Shown piece after piece: positions 45,023-55,795 of a DNA stretch of 64,000 bases (positions within the stretch are counted from its first letter, which is position 1; each line of letters begins with the position of its first letter). Source of the stretch: an uncultured delta proteobacterium (lineage in GTDB: Bacteria > Desulfobacterota > Syntrophia > Syntrophales > UBA5619); assembly GCA_963817385.1 (NCBI GenBank), contig CAWFOM010000001.1, positions 32,001-96,000 of the forward strand, given 5' to 3'. A program made the position numbers and the translations under genes. Under the pieces are notes generated by a model. It did no database searches, was not told where the DNA came from, and saw nothing but the letters and a program-made list of their open reading frames with translations.

Positions 45023-45877
45023 ATGAAATGCTGTTCGCACCGTCTCATCCTTATTTTCACTGCCCTTATGATCGGGGGGGCTATCGTTGCAGGCGACGCA
45101 TTCGCGAATCCTCAAGCGAAATTGATCATTGCAGGCACAGGTTCGAGCATCGGCGTCATGAAGCGGATGGCCGCCGATTTTCAGCAGCGACACCCCGACG
45201 TCACCGTCAGCATCCTCCCCAGTATCGGCAGCACGGGAGGCATCAAAGCGGTAACGGAGGGGAAGATCGATATTGGCTTGTCCTCCCGTTCCCTCAAGCC
45301 GAAAGAAGGGATTCCGGGAATCATCGAGGAGGCCTATGGCCGCACGGCCTTTATCTTCGGGGTGCAGGAGTCCAACCCAATCGAAGGGCTCAGTCTGACC
45401 GAGATCGAAGAGATATACGCGAGAAAGCGCACGGCCTGGTCTGACGGAAGACCCATCAGGATGATCCTCCGTCCCCTGTCCGACTCTTATTCGGCCTTGC
45501 TGGCGAGTATCAATCCCGGCATGAAATCGGCCTACCAGCTGGCCCATTCCATTCCCGGCGTGTTCGTCGGCATAACGGACCGTGATGCCGCCCTTCAAAT
45601 CGAAAAAACGCCCGGTTCATTCGGTACGACCAGTGCGGCCATCGTTGCGGCAGAGAGGCTCAAGATTAAGGCCCTCTCCGTCGATGGGGTATCACCAACA
45701 CTGCCAAATGTTTCCTCCGGCAACTACCCCTATGCCATGACGATGTCGGTCGTCTACAAGACGGACAAGTACATGGGCGCCGTAAAAGACTTTATCGACT
45801 TTGTTTTTTCAAATGATGGGCGGCAGCTTCTCTCCGCAAACGGCCATGTGACTTTGCCGCGAATGGCCGGAAAGTGA
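45023..45877 (+). CDS. PstS-like substrate-binding protein
   Basis: Signal peptide, GTGSS, GSTGGI..DIGLSSR, SGNYP. Confidence 0.8.
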   Translation: MKCCSHRLILIFTALMIGGAIVAGDAFANPQAKLIIAGTGSSIGVMKRMAADFQQRHPDVTVSILPSIGSTGGIKAVTEGKIDIGLSSRSLKPKEGIPGIIEEAYGRTAFIFGVQESNPIEGLSLTEIEEIYARKRTAWSDGRPIRMILRPLSDSYSALLASINPGMKSAYQLAHSIPGVFVGITDRDAALQIEKTPGSFGTTSAAIVAAERLKIKALSVDGVSPTLPNVSSGNYPYAMTMSVVYKTDKYMGAVKDFIDFVFSNDGRQLLSANGHVTLPRMAGK

Positions 45878-45881
45878 ACGT

Positions 45882-48800
45882 ATGTTGCCTATGAGTTTGC
45901 TGCGTCTGCAATCGGGTGCACCTGTCACCAGGGATATGCGCCTCCTGGGCGGCTTGGCCGCATCAATCTTCGCCGTAGCGATACCCCTTTTATACTTTGG
46001 TTTGTCTTTATATGCGCTGCGAGAATCTCTCATGATAGAAACTGCCGATCTCGCAAGAACCGTCGAAAAAATCATCCAGGACCGTCCGGATATGTGGGAG
46101 TTCGAGCAATTACGGTTATTGGAGATCGCCTCGCAACCTTCGTTTGATGGAGGTCTTGATGAAAGAACGATTCGAACTGCGGCGGGAACAGTGGTCGTAA
46201 AAACCGACTTTTCAGCGGCACGCCCGGCCATAACGGTTTCGGCGGCGCTCTTCGACTCGGGAAATCCCGTCGGTTCGATCGAAGCGAGACATTCCATCCG
46301 CAAACAACTCTTCGTTACGGCCCTTTTGGGAATGCTCAGTTCATCTCTCGGCTACCTGTTATTTTTCATCTTCCGCACCTATCCGATCAGAAGGCTTGAG
46401 AACGCCTTGGTCGATTTGCAGCGGGCGCAGGAAGAGGAGCAACAGAACCGAAAGACGGCCGAGCGGTTGGCCGAGGAAATGGCCATCATCGCATACATCG
46501 GGAGAGTCGTCAGCTCTACCCTGGATATCAACCAAGTATTCGAACGGGTCGCCACCGAGGTGCGTAAGCTGATCCCCTATGACAGGCTTCTGGTGAATCT
46601 TAAGAAGACTGATGATGTTAGCGAATTTGTTGTCGTCTATTCATCCGGGATTGAAAACCCCCGGCGGAGATTGGGGGATTCGTATCCGTGCAAGGGGTCG
46701 TCGACGGGTGTCGTCATGAGTATGCGCTCCGGCATACTGATACAGCCGCATGATGCGGAGGAAATCAAAGACCTGTATCCCAACCTGTATGCAACCTTCA
46801 AGACAGGGCTGCGTTCGACGATGAGCATTCCTCTGATTTCCATGGACGAAGTGATCGGGAGTCTGACCTTCCGATCCAAGAAACTGAAGGCCTACAACGA
46901 GCAGGATCTCCGCCTGGCGGAAAAGATCGGGATGCAGATTGCCGGGGCCATCGCCAATGCGAAGCTGTTCAATGATCTCAACAAGACGGAAAATTCGATG
47001 CGGGAGAGCGAGGGTCGATTCCGCGGCATGGTCGAACAGGCCGCGGTGGGTGTGGCCGAGATCGAAATAAACACGGGCCGATTCCTGACGGCGAACCGGC
47101 AGCTTTGCGAGATGTTGGGAAGGACGGAGGAAGAACTGATCAATACCACCTTTCAGGCGATCACGCATCCGGAAGATCTTCATCTGCACGAGGGAAAAAC
47201 ACGAATGATGCTGGCCGGGAAGATCGGTCACTACAGCCTGGAGAAGCGCTATCTCCGGAAGGATGGGGGGATCGTCTGGGTGAATATCACGGTGTCGCCG
47301 CTCTGGAAGCCGGGGGATAACCCCGAGCGGAACATCGCCGTGGTCGAGGACATCACCGACCGCAAGCGGATGAAGGAGGAAAGCGATCGTCATTCCCGAC
47401 AGCTGACCATGCTGCACGAGACGAGTGTCGAACTCATGGCCGAACTGAACATAGAAGCGCTCCTCCAATCCATCGCCCAGCACTCGCTGGACCTGATCGG
47501 CGGAACTACCAGCAATGTCTATATCTACAGAACGGAAACCGATCTCATGGAACGGGTCGTAAGCGTAGGACCAACGCTAATTCCCAGCAAGACGACGCGT
47601 CGGCGCGGAGAGGGAATGGTCGGTCAGACTTGGGCACAAGGCGCTCCAATGCTGATCAATGACTATCACGCATGGCCGGGGCGAACCAAAGAATTTGATT
47701 CTTACCCATCCCGCGCGTTGATCGCGGCGCCCTTTTATCAGGGAACAGAAATTCTTGGCATTATCAATATTATGGCGAACCTGCCACACCAATACACCCA
47801 AGCGGATATAGATATGCTTAACATGTTTGCCGCGCAGGCCGCGATTGCCATCCACAACGCGCAGCTCTACGACCGGATAAAGCTGGAACTGGTGGAACGC
47901 AAGCGTGCGGAAGAGGAAAAGCGAGGCCTGATGGAGCGTCTGCAACGTGCCGAGAAGATGGAGGCCCTCGGACAACTGGCCGGCGGGGTGGCCCATGATC
48001 TGAATAACGTCCTGGGGATACTCAGCGGGTATTCGGAGCTATTGCTGGAGGAGATCCCCGAGGGGCATCGCTCGAGAGGCCACGCTGAAAAGATATTGCA
48101 GTCCACGGAGAAGGGAGCCGCGATCATTCAGGACCTTCTCACGCTGGCCAGGCGGGGTGTCACGGCATCGGACGTGATCAATCTCAACAGCGTCGTTTCC
48201 GGTTTTCTCAAGACCCCGGTGTTTGAGAAGATGAAGGACTATCATCCCCGGGTGACCTTCAGGACCGAGTGCGACAAGAATGTTCTGAACATCAAAGGTT
48301 CGCCTATCCATCTGGAAAAGACGTTGATCAACCTGGTGTCCAACGCGGCGGAATCTATTTCCGGAAAGGGGGAGGTAACGATCCGGACGGAGAGCCGCTA
48401 TCTTGACAAAGCCGTCAGGGGCTATGACGAGGTCAAGGAGGGGGATTACGCCGTACTGACCGTATCCGATACGGGGATGGGCATTCCCGCCGAGAATAGA
48501 GAGAAGATATTTGAACCGTTCTATACGAAAAAGACGATGGGCAGGAGCGGGACCGGGCTGGGATTGTCGATTGTCTGGGGAACGGTAAAAGATCACCACG
48601 GGTATATTGATGTACAGACGGAAGTCGGAACGGGAACCACCTTTACGCTGTACTTCCCGGTGACCCGGGAGGAACTGATCGCACCGCAGCAGAAGGAGCC
48701 GATAGAACGATACATGGGGAACGGAGAATCGGTATTGGTTGTGGATGACATTGCCGAGCAGAGGGATGTTGCCGCCCGATTGCTTACCCGGCTGGGGTAT

Positions 48801-49085
48801 GAGGTTCACGTGGTTTCCGGCGGGGAAGAGGCGGTGGAATACCTCAAGGGACATACGGCGGACATTCTGGTCCTGGACATGATTATGACGCCGGGGATCG
48901 ATGGTCTGGAGACCTACCAAAGGGTTCTGGCAATCAACCCGAAGCAGAAGGCTATCCTTGTCAGCGGTTTTTCCGAGACTGAAAGAGTCACGAAGGCTCA
49001 GAAGCTGGGCGCGGGCGCCTATGTCAAGAAGCCCTATCTTATGGAAAAGATCGGCGAGGCTATTCGGAATGAACTAAACCGATAA
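45882..49085 (+). CDS. Hybrid sensor histidine kinase (TM-GAF-PAS-GAF-HK-REC)
   Basis: AHDLNN, NLVSNA, DTGMG, GTGLGL, receiver domain VVDD..LDM. Confidence 0.92.
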   Translation: MLPMSLLRLQSGAPVTRDMRLLGGLAASIFAVAIPLLYFGLSLYALRESLMIETADLARTVEKIIQDRPDMWEFEQLRLLEIASQPSFDGGLDERTIRTAAGTVVVKTDFSAARPAITVSAALFDSGNPVGSIEARHSIRKQLFVTALLGMLSSSLGYLLFFIFRTYPIRRLENALVDLQRAQEEEQQNRKTAERLAEEMAIIAYIGRVVSSTLDINQVFERVATEVRKLIPYDRLLVNLKKTDDVSEFVVVYSSGIENPRRRLGDSYPCKGSSTGVVMSMRSGILIQPHDAEEIKDLYPNLYATFKTGLRSTMSIPLISMDEVIGSLTFRSKKLKAYNEQDLRLAEKIGMQIAGAIANAKLFNDLNKTENSMRESEGRFRGMVEQAAVGVAEIEINTGRFLTANRQLCEMLGRTEEELINTTFQAITHPEDLHLHEGKTRMMLAGKIGHYSLEKRYLRKDGGIVWVNITVSPLWKPGDNPERNIAVVEDITDRKRMKEESDRHSRQLTMLHETSVELMAELNIEALLQSIAQHSLDLIGGTTSNVYIYRTETDLMERVVSVGPTLIPSKTTRRRGEGMVGQTWAQGAPMLINDYHAWPGRTKEFDSYPSRALIAAPFYQGTEILGIINIMANLPHQYTQADIDMLNMFAAQAAIAIHNAQLYDRIKLELVERKRAEEEKRGLMERLQRAEKMEALGQLAGGVAHDLNNVLGILSGYSELLLEEIPEGHRSRGHAEKILQSTEKGAAIIQDLLTLARRGVTASDVINLNSVVSGFLKTPVFEKMKDYHPRVTFRTECDKNVLNIKGSPIHLEKTLINLVSNAAESISGKGEVTIRTESRYLDKAVRGYDEVKEGDYAVLTVSDTGMGIPAENREKIFEPFYTKKTMGRSGTGLGLSIVWGTVKDHHGYIDVQTEVGTGTTFTLYFPVTREELIAPQQKEPIERYMGNGESVLVVDDIAEQRDVAARLLTRLGYEVHVVSGGEEAVEYLKGHTADILVLDMIMTPGIDGLETYQRVLAINPKQKAILVSGFSETERVTKAQKLGAGAYVKKPYLMEKIGEAIRNELNR

Positions 49086-49242
49086 TATGCTGCCTTTAAG
49101 AAATACTATTTCTTCCTTAGTTTACTGACCCCGATCGGGACGGCGCCCCGGTTGGCCGTCCGACCGGCCCCACCCTGCTGATCGGGCTTGACCAGTGTGC
49201 CATTACGTTCACGGATCTCGGGAAATAATTTTGGGAGGTGTC

Positions 49243-49356
49243 ATGAGCCACAAGAAGATCGAGAGAAAAAAGGAACTGGACCGCAAGCGGAGAAGACGGG
49301 AGAAGAGCCTGAAGCTCCGGGCGAAGGAACAGACGGCCGCCGCCAAACGAAAATAG
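49243..49356 (+). CDS. Small basic protein (37 aa)
   Basis: GGGAGG RBS; MSHKKIERKKELDRKRRRREKSLKLRAKEQTAAAKRK; below the ORF track cutoff. Confidence 0.6.
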   Translation: MSHKKIERKKELDRKRRRREKSLKLRAKEQTAAAKRK

Positions 49357-49526
49357 GTCCATGCCCCCAATGGCAATGGCTTCATAAAAAAACCGTCCCC
49401 CTTCCCCGGCGGGGAAGGGGAAACGTCGAGTATTTATGCTCGGGCAAAGAACGGCGGGAACGCCTTACCTGCGAGGGAGGCCGGAAAAGCCTCCCCCGCG
49501 TGCAACCGTTATCGATCTTCCGCCCC

Positions 49527-51156
49527 TCAGCCGAGGATCGTTTTGAGATCCGCATCAGGCGTCGTGATCGGTTTGATCCCGAACTTCTCCACCAGGACGC
49601 CGAGTACGTTCGGCGTGGTGAAGGCCGGAAGCGTCGGCCCCAGGCGGATGTTCTTGATCCCCAGCGACAAGAGGGTCAGGAGGATCACCACCGCCTTCTG
49701 CTCGTACCAGGAGAGGATCATCGACAGCGGCAGGTCGTTCACCCCGACGCCGAAGGCCTTGGCCAGGGCGACAGCCACCTGGATCGCGGAATAGGCGTCG
49801 TTGCACTGCCCCATGTCGAGGAGCCGCGGAATCCCGCCGATCGCGCCGAGCTCCTTGTCGAAGAAGCGGAACTTCCCGCAGGCAAGCGTCAGGACGACGC
49901 AGTCCGCCGGCACCTTCTCCACGAACTCGGTATAGTAGTTCCTGCCGGGCTTCGCCCCGTCGCAGCCGGCAACGAGGAAGAAGTGGCGGATCTTCTTTTC
50001 CTTCACCGCCGCGATCACCTGGTCCGCAACCCCGAGGACCGCGTTTCGGGCAAACCCCGTCATCACGCTCTTCCCATCCGTATCCGCCGCGAATCCCGGC
50101 ATCGCCAGGGCCTTTGCGATCACCGGCGCGAAGTTGCCGTCGGCGATGTGGGTCACGCCGGGCCAGCCGACAAGGCCGGCGGTGAAGATCCGGTCCTTAT
50201 AGGAGTCCTGCGGCCGCTGGAGGCAGTTGGTCGTCATCAGGATCGCGCCGGGGAACTCGGCAAACTCCTTGTGCTGGTTCTGCCATGCCGTCCCGTAGTG
50301 TCCGTGGAGATGGGCATATTTTTTCAGCCCCGGATAGCCGTGGGCGGGAAGCATCTCGCCATGGGTGTAGATGGAGATCCCTTTCCCCTCCGTCTGCTTG
50401 AGCAGCCCTTCGAGGTCCCGCAGGTCATGCCCGGAGATGAGGATCGCCTTCCCCTTCTTCGCCCCAAGGGGGACCTTCGTGGGGACCGGCTGGCCGTAGG
50501 CGCCGGTGTTGGCCGCGTCGAGGAGCTCCATCGTCCGGAGATTCGTCTGGCCGCATTTCATGACCAGCGCTAGCGCCTCGTCCAGTTTCAGTTTTTCATC
50601 GAGGAGGGCGGCAAGCCCCTCCTGGAGGAAAGCGAAGATCGCTTTGTCCTCTTTCCCGAGGATCAGGGCGTGGTCCGCGTAGGCCGCCATCCCCTTGAGC
50701 CCGTACAGGAGCGTATGCTTGAGGGAGAGGATGTCCGGATCCGCGGCGGGATAGGTGCGGATGCCGACCGCCTCGCCCTGAAGGATCAGCCCCGGGAAGA
50801 TCGGCCGCCGGTTTGAATCGGGCGGCCCCGCCCGGGAAATCGGTTGAGACGCCCGCCGCACGGAGCTTTTCCAGGAGGGCGTCGCGTAGGGCTGCCGCCC
50901 GATGGATCAGGATCAGAAAACGGGCCGGATCGAAATCGACGTTCGTGACGGTCGCAAAAAGGGCCTCGCAGGTAAAGACATCGGCCGCGTGATCATCGAT
51001 CCCCGCTTTCTTCGCCGCCGTCGCCGCCTGCGCAAGGCCCATCATGACATAGACCAGAAGATCCTGCAGGGCGGCCACATCCGGCAGCTTCCCGCACACT
51101 CCCGCCTTCTCGCATCCTTCTCCTTTGGCCGTCTGTTCACATTGGTAACAAAACAT
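49527..51156 (-). CDS. hcp: Hybrid cluster protein (hydroxylamine reductase), frameshift near 50790
   Basis: MFCYQCEQT..C..GVCGK, SGHDL, THGEMLP, TTNC, GCDG, GQCNDAY. Confidence 0.95.
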
Positions 51157-51229
51157 GGTGCACCTCCTTCTTTGAGTTTATAGATTGATGACTTTCCCTC
51201 TCTTTTACACCCGAGGCCGGCAGGATGGT

Positions 51230-51243
51230 TTGACTTAAATCAA
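51230..51243 (-). promoter_or_regulatory. Crp/Fnr-family (HcpR-like) binding site upstream of hcp
   Basis: TTGACTTAAATCAA (TTGA-N6-TCAA palindrome) about 75 bp upstream of hcp. Confidence 0.65.
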
Positions 51244-51259
51244 GAAGGGGGAAAAATCT

Positions 51260-52249
51260 TCACTCTTCGGCAAGGCCGCGGTCGGCCGCCCCGATGAGCG
51301 CCGCCCGCGGCGTGAGAATCACGTGCACGGGCATCCGAAAGAGCAGGTCGGCCATCCGTCCCTTCCGCCTGAAATGCGGCAAGAAACCCCCCTTCATCGA
51401 GGAACGGGATGATCCGCGGCACGATCCCGCCCCCGAGATAGACGCCGCCTGCGGCAAGCGTCTTGAGGGCAAGGTTCCCCGCCTCCGCTCCGAGGAGGGA
51501 GACGAACAGGCGCACCGTCCGGACGCAGAGATCGGACGTCCCCGCGAGCGCCGCCTCGACGATGACCGGGGCGGGATCGGCCGCCCCCGCCAGGCGCTCG
51601 GCGAGCCAGGCCGGCTCCTCTTCCCTCCCCTTCTCCCGGAGAAACCGGTAGAGCCGCCCGAGCCCCGGCCCCGAACAGAGGGCTTCATAACTGACATGAT
51701 CGGCCTCTTTTTGGAGCTCACGGAGGAGTTCCATCTCCAGCGGGTTTGACGGGGCGAAATCCGCATGGCCGCCTTCGGAGGCGTGCTCCCGGAAGCGCGC
51801 GCCGTCCCAGGTGAGGAAGGCCTCCCCCAGTCCGGTGCCCGGGGCGATCACGGCGATGCGCGCCGCCGGCGGCCCGCTCGCCCGCGTTCAGCGTATGGAG
51901 TTCCGCGGGTTCGAGGAGGGGCACGGCGCGGGCCGTCGCCGCCAGATCGTTCAGGAGGCGGACCGACTGAAAGCCGAACGTCCGCCGGATCTGTTCGGCG
52001 TCCGCAATCCAGGGCAGGTTGGTCACCGCCGCCCGGCCGTCGATGACCGGTCCGGCAATGGCCAGGCAGGCCTTCTGTGCGGAACAAGCGCTCCGTTTCA
52101 GGAATTCCCGGATCAGGGCCTCGATCCCGCCGAAGCTGCTCGCTGGGGAGGAGTTCCTCCGCGAGCAGCGCCCGGGGGTTCTCCCCGTCCGCAACAATCG
52201 CCAGGCGGCTCTTGGTGCCGCCGATATCTCCCGCCAAGAGCATCTTCAT
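51260..52249 (-). CDS. glk: Glucokinase (frameshifted)
   Basis: LAGDIGGT, AGPV..TNL, LLND, PGTGLG, SEGGH, GGI. Confidence 0.9.
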
Positions 52250-52578
52250 TCCTCGCAGGGCGTCGTCACTTCGCCCCGGAGCCACTCCAGGTAGTCATTG
52301 CTGCCGGCGGCGATCGGCAGGGCGATGATCTCCGGCGTCTCATAGGGGTGGAGGGAGCGGATGGCCTGCTCGATCGCCCCGTAGCATTCCCGGCGGCTCT
52401 TGATCAGGCAGAGCCACTCCCCCGCCGTCTCGATCCGCCCCTTCCAGCGGTAGATGCTCGTCATGGGTCCCACGATCTGGACGCAGCCGGCAAGCCGCAT
52501 CTCCACGAGAGACCGGGCGATCCGTTCGGCATCCTCCCGTTTGTCCGTCGCCGTCATCACTTGGATGAATCCTTCCAT
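52246..52578 (-). CDS. cutA: Divalent cation tolerance protein CutA
   Basis: LAGCVQI, SIYRWKG, HPYETPEI. Confidence 0.93.
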   Translation of the reverse strand: MEGFIQVMTATDKREDAERIARSLVEMRLAGCVQIVGPMTSIYRWKGRIETAGEWLCLIKSRRECYGAIEQAIRSLHPYETPEIIALPIAAGSNDYLEWLRGEVTTPCEE

Positions 52579-52628
52579 CGCATACCACCTTATCTATGCT
52601 AATCACTGGTTAAAAAAAAGCTGTTTTA

Positions 52629-52752
52629 CCGGCTGTTCAAAAACGTCCAGATGCAAGGCCCCCGAAGGCCTGAGCCGTGAGGCGTACTTTTGGGTACGTT
52701 GAACGGCTCAGGACAAGGGAAACGCCGCAGATGGGCGTTTTTCAACAGCCGG
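52629..52752. mobile_element. MITE-like non-autonomous element (about 124 bp)
   Basis: Terminal inverted repeats CCGGCTGTTCAAAAACGTCCA ... TGGGCGTTTTTCAACAGCCGG; internal hairpin CCTGAGCCGT/ACGGCTCAGG. Confidence 0.75.
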
Positions 52753-53529
52753 CTAAGTCCTTCGCGTGCATTCGTACATCATGATCGCCGCCGCCTGTGG
52801 GAGGCTCAGGGACTCCGCGCCTCCCCCGGGGATCCGCCACCTCTCGTCGGTCAAGGCGAGGAGCGACGCCGGCAGGCCGTGGCTTTCGCTCCCCATCAAG
52901 AGCGCCGTCCCGGCAGAGCAGGGATGGGGAGGGACTCCCTCGCGGGCCTCGCTTCCCACCACCCGAAACCGGCCCCGGAGCTGCGGCAGGAGCTGCCCGA
53001 AATCGAGATCCTCAGCCACCGTGAGATGGAAGAGACTCCCCATCGACGTCCGGACGACCTTGGGGTTCGTCGCCTCGCAGGAACCGGCGCTGAGAAGCAC
53101 CGTCCGGAAGCCGAACCAGTCCGCCGTTCTAAGGAGGGCGCCGAGATTGTTCGGGTTGTTCACCTGATAAAGGAGAAGGAGCGGTCCCCGCTCTGCCGGC
53201 AGGCGGGCCGGATCCGGGGGCGGCATCGCAACGGCCACGGCCATCACCCCCTCGGGACTCTCGTCCTGGCTCAGGGTCGCCCATTCGCGGGCGGAAAGCC
53301 GGTAGATCCCGATTCCCGTCGGCGCCCCGACCAGGAGCGTCTCCCACCGGCTGACATTTTCCTCGCGGACGAGGAGGGCCTCCAGCGCCCGGCCGCTTCG
53401 CAGGAGTTCGCCGACTACCTTTCCCCCCTCCGCCAGGAAGAGCCCCTCCCGGCGGCGGTACTTCTCCTGCACGAGTTTTCCCCACCGCTTCAACTGCGTT
53501 TTTTGCGGTGTCGTCGTCCGGTCATTCAT
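52753..53529 (-). CDS. TrmH/SpoU family RNA methyltransferase
   Basis: FLAEG, PNNLGALLRTA, GSESHG, ESLSL. Confidence 0.9.
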   Translation of the reverse strand: MNDRTTTPQKTQLKRWGKLVQEKYRRREGLFLAEGGKVVGELLRSGRALEALLVREENVSRWETLLVGAPTGIGIYRLSAREWATLSQDESPEGVMAVAVAMPPPDPARLPAERGPLLLLYQVNNPNNLGALLRTADWFGFRTVLLSAGSCEATNPKVVRTSMGSLFHLTVAEDLDFGQLLPQLRGRFRVVGSEAREGVPPHPCSAGTALLMGSESHGLPASLLALTDERWRIPGGGAESLSLPQAAAIMMYECTRRT

Positions 53530-53802
53530 CCCTGGGTCCTTCTTTAAAAACGCATGCGCCGCTCTTCACGGCGTCCGTTCCCAGCCCTTCCCGTTCGTCT
53601 CGGATTGTAACAGATAAACATCAAAGGATAAAAGGGATTTTTGCGACCGGCGGGGCTTTTTATGCTTGACATCGATCCGCCTTTTCCCTATTGTCCAGTA
53701 GTTATCATGCGCATGAATGCAACTGCCTCGCGATGATGAACGCCGGCGGGCCGACCCGGCCAAACTGAAGCACGTGTAACAATCCCTTGAAGGAGGATAC
53801 CA

Positions 53803-54702
53803 ATGGTCAATTTTGTACCCAAGGGGATCATCCCCGCGATGGTCACTCCCATTGACGAGACAGGCCGCATCCACGAAGGCGCCCTTCGAAAGCTCGTCAA
53901 CCACTTGATCGACGGCGGTTCGCACGGGCTCTTTCCCGTGGGGAGCCAGGGGGAATTTTTCTCCCTCACGTTCGAACAGAAAAAGGAGGTCATCAGGATC
54001 GTCGTTGACGAGACACGGGGCCGGGTTCCCGTCTATGCGGGAACCGGCGCCGTCACCACCCGTGAGGCAATCGAAACGACAAAGATGGCGCGGGATCTCG
54101 GCGTCAGCGCGGTCTCCGTCATCACCCCCTATTTCGTCATCCCCGGTCAGAAAGAGCTGATCGAGCACTACACGGCCGTGGCAAAGGCCGTCCCGGATCT
54201 GCCGATCCTGCTCTACTCCAACCCCGATCGGACCCAGGTTCCCTTCCCGATCTCGACGGTCCTGGAACTGGCCGCCGTCGACAACATCATCGGCATCAAA
54301 GATTCCAGCGGCGACATGTCGCTCACGGGCGAATACATCCGCCTCACCCGCGGGATGAATTTCCATGTCCTGATGGGACGCGACACCTTGATCTACGCGG
54401 CGCTCTGCTACGGGGCCGCCGGTTCGATCTGCGCCACCGCGAACGTCGATCCGCGCGTGCCGGTGGAGATCTACGAGGCGTTCATCGTCGGCGACCACAA
54501 ACGGGCGCTCGACGCCCAGTATCGGCTGGCGCCGCTCAGGGTCGCCTTCGGCCTCGGCACCTTCCCCGTCGTCGTCAAGGAAGCGCTCACCATGATCGGG
54601 ATCGAGGCCGGCCCGGCAATCCGCCCGGTCGGCCCCATGACGCCGGAAAACCGCGAGAAGCTGCGGAAAGTCATTTCCGACATGGGCATGCTCAAGAAGT
54701 GA
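53803..54702 (+). CDS. DapA-family aldolase (dihydrodipicolinate synthase-like)
   Basis: GSQGE, ITPYF, IKDSSGD; catabolic operon context. Confidence 0.85.
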   Translation: MVNFVPKGIIPAMVTPIDETGRIHEGALRKLVNHLIDGGSHGLFPVGSQGEFFSLTFEQKKEVIRIVVDETRGRVPVYAGTGAVTTREAIETTKMARDLGVSAVSVITPYFVIPGQKELIEHYTAVAKAVPDLPILLYSNPDRTQVPFPISTVLELAAVDNIIGIKDSSGDMSLTGEYIRLTRGMNFHVLMGRDTLIYAALCYGAAGSICATANVDPRVPVEIYEAFIVGDHKRALDAQYRLAPLRVAFGLGTFPVVVKEALTMIGIEAGPAIRPVGPMTPENREKLRKVISDMGMLKK

Positions 54703-54779
54703 GCGATGAAAAATAGGGGCAAGCGCCCCCATGATTTGGTAGACATCGGCATACACATACTGAAGAGTGAGGTGAAACT

Positions 54780-55745
54780 ATGAAAAAGAAGATCTTGATC
54801 ATCCAGCCGATCCATGAACGCGGAGTGCAGATATTCGATGACCGCTTCGACGTCCGGGTGGCCTCCGATCCGTCGGCGGCAACAGTCGTCAAAGAGATAA
54901 AGGGAGTGGAGGGCGTCGTCGTCCGGACCGCCCCGTTCACGCGGGAGATCATCGAGGCCGCCGACTCCCTCAAGGTGATCGGTCGCCACGGGGTCGGCGT
55001 CGACAATATCGACGTCAAAGCGGCGACGCAAAAGGGTATCGTCGTCGTCAACACCCCGAATGCGAACGCCACTTCGGTCGTGGAGCACACCCTGACCGCC
55101 ATCGGCGCCCTCGCGAAACGGGTGACGGTCTATGATCGGGCGATTCGCAAAGGGCAATGGGAAATCCGCAACTCCTACCGGGCGGTCGATCTCGACGGCA
55201 AGACCCTCGGTCTCGTGGGAATCGGGAGGATCGGATCCCTGGTCGCCAAAAGAGCGGCGGCGGCCTTCAACATGAAAGTGATCGCCTTCGACCCCTACGT
55301 CACGCCGGAGAAGGCGCGCGGGATGGGCATCACCCTCGTCCCGGTGATCGACGAGGTCTTTCGGCAGGCCGATGTCGTTTCCCTGCACACCCCGCTGACC
55401 CCGGAAACGAGAGGCTTCGTCAATGCCGCGCGGCTGCGCCTGATGAAGCCCACGGCCTTCCTGGTGAACTTCTCCCGGGGAGAGGTGGTGGAGGAAAAGG
55501 CGCTCACTGAAGCGCTCAAGTCGGGCGTTATCGCCGGGGCCGCTATCGATGTTTATGACCCCGAACCGCCGCTCAACGACAACCCGCTGTTTGAACTGGA
55601 CAACATCATCCTCTCGCCGCACAGCGCAGCACTGACCCAGGAGTGCGTGATCCGGATGGCCGTCGGGGCGGCGGAGGGGGTCGTGGAGGTCCTCTCCGGG
55701 AGGCCGCCGCAGTTCGCCGTCAACCCCGAGGTCTTAAAAAAATGA
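54780..55745 (+). CDS. D-2-hydroxyacid dehydrogenase (SerA-like)
   Basis: RHGVGVDNID, GIGRIG, HTPLT, DVYDPEP, SPH. Confidence 0.9.
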   Translation: MKKKILIIQPIHERGVQIFDDRFDVRVASDPSAATVVKEIKGVEGVVVRTAPFTREIIEAADSLKVIGRHGVGVDNIDVKAATQKGIVVVNTPNANATSVVEHTLTAIGALAKRVTVYDRAIRKGQWEIRNSYRAVDLDGKTLGLVGIGRIGSLVAKRAAAAFNMKVIAFDPYVTPEKARGMGITLVPVIDEVFRQADVVSLHTPLTPETRGFVNAARLRLMKPTAFLVNFSRGEVVEEKALTEALKSGVIAGAAIDVYDPEPPLNDNPLFELDNIILSPHSAALTQECVIRMAVGAAEGVVEVLSGRPPQFAVNPEVLKK

Positions 55746-55795
55746 CCTCTGCGCGGATAAGCCGGAGAGACGTCATCCTGTCTGCCGATCCATGA

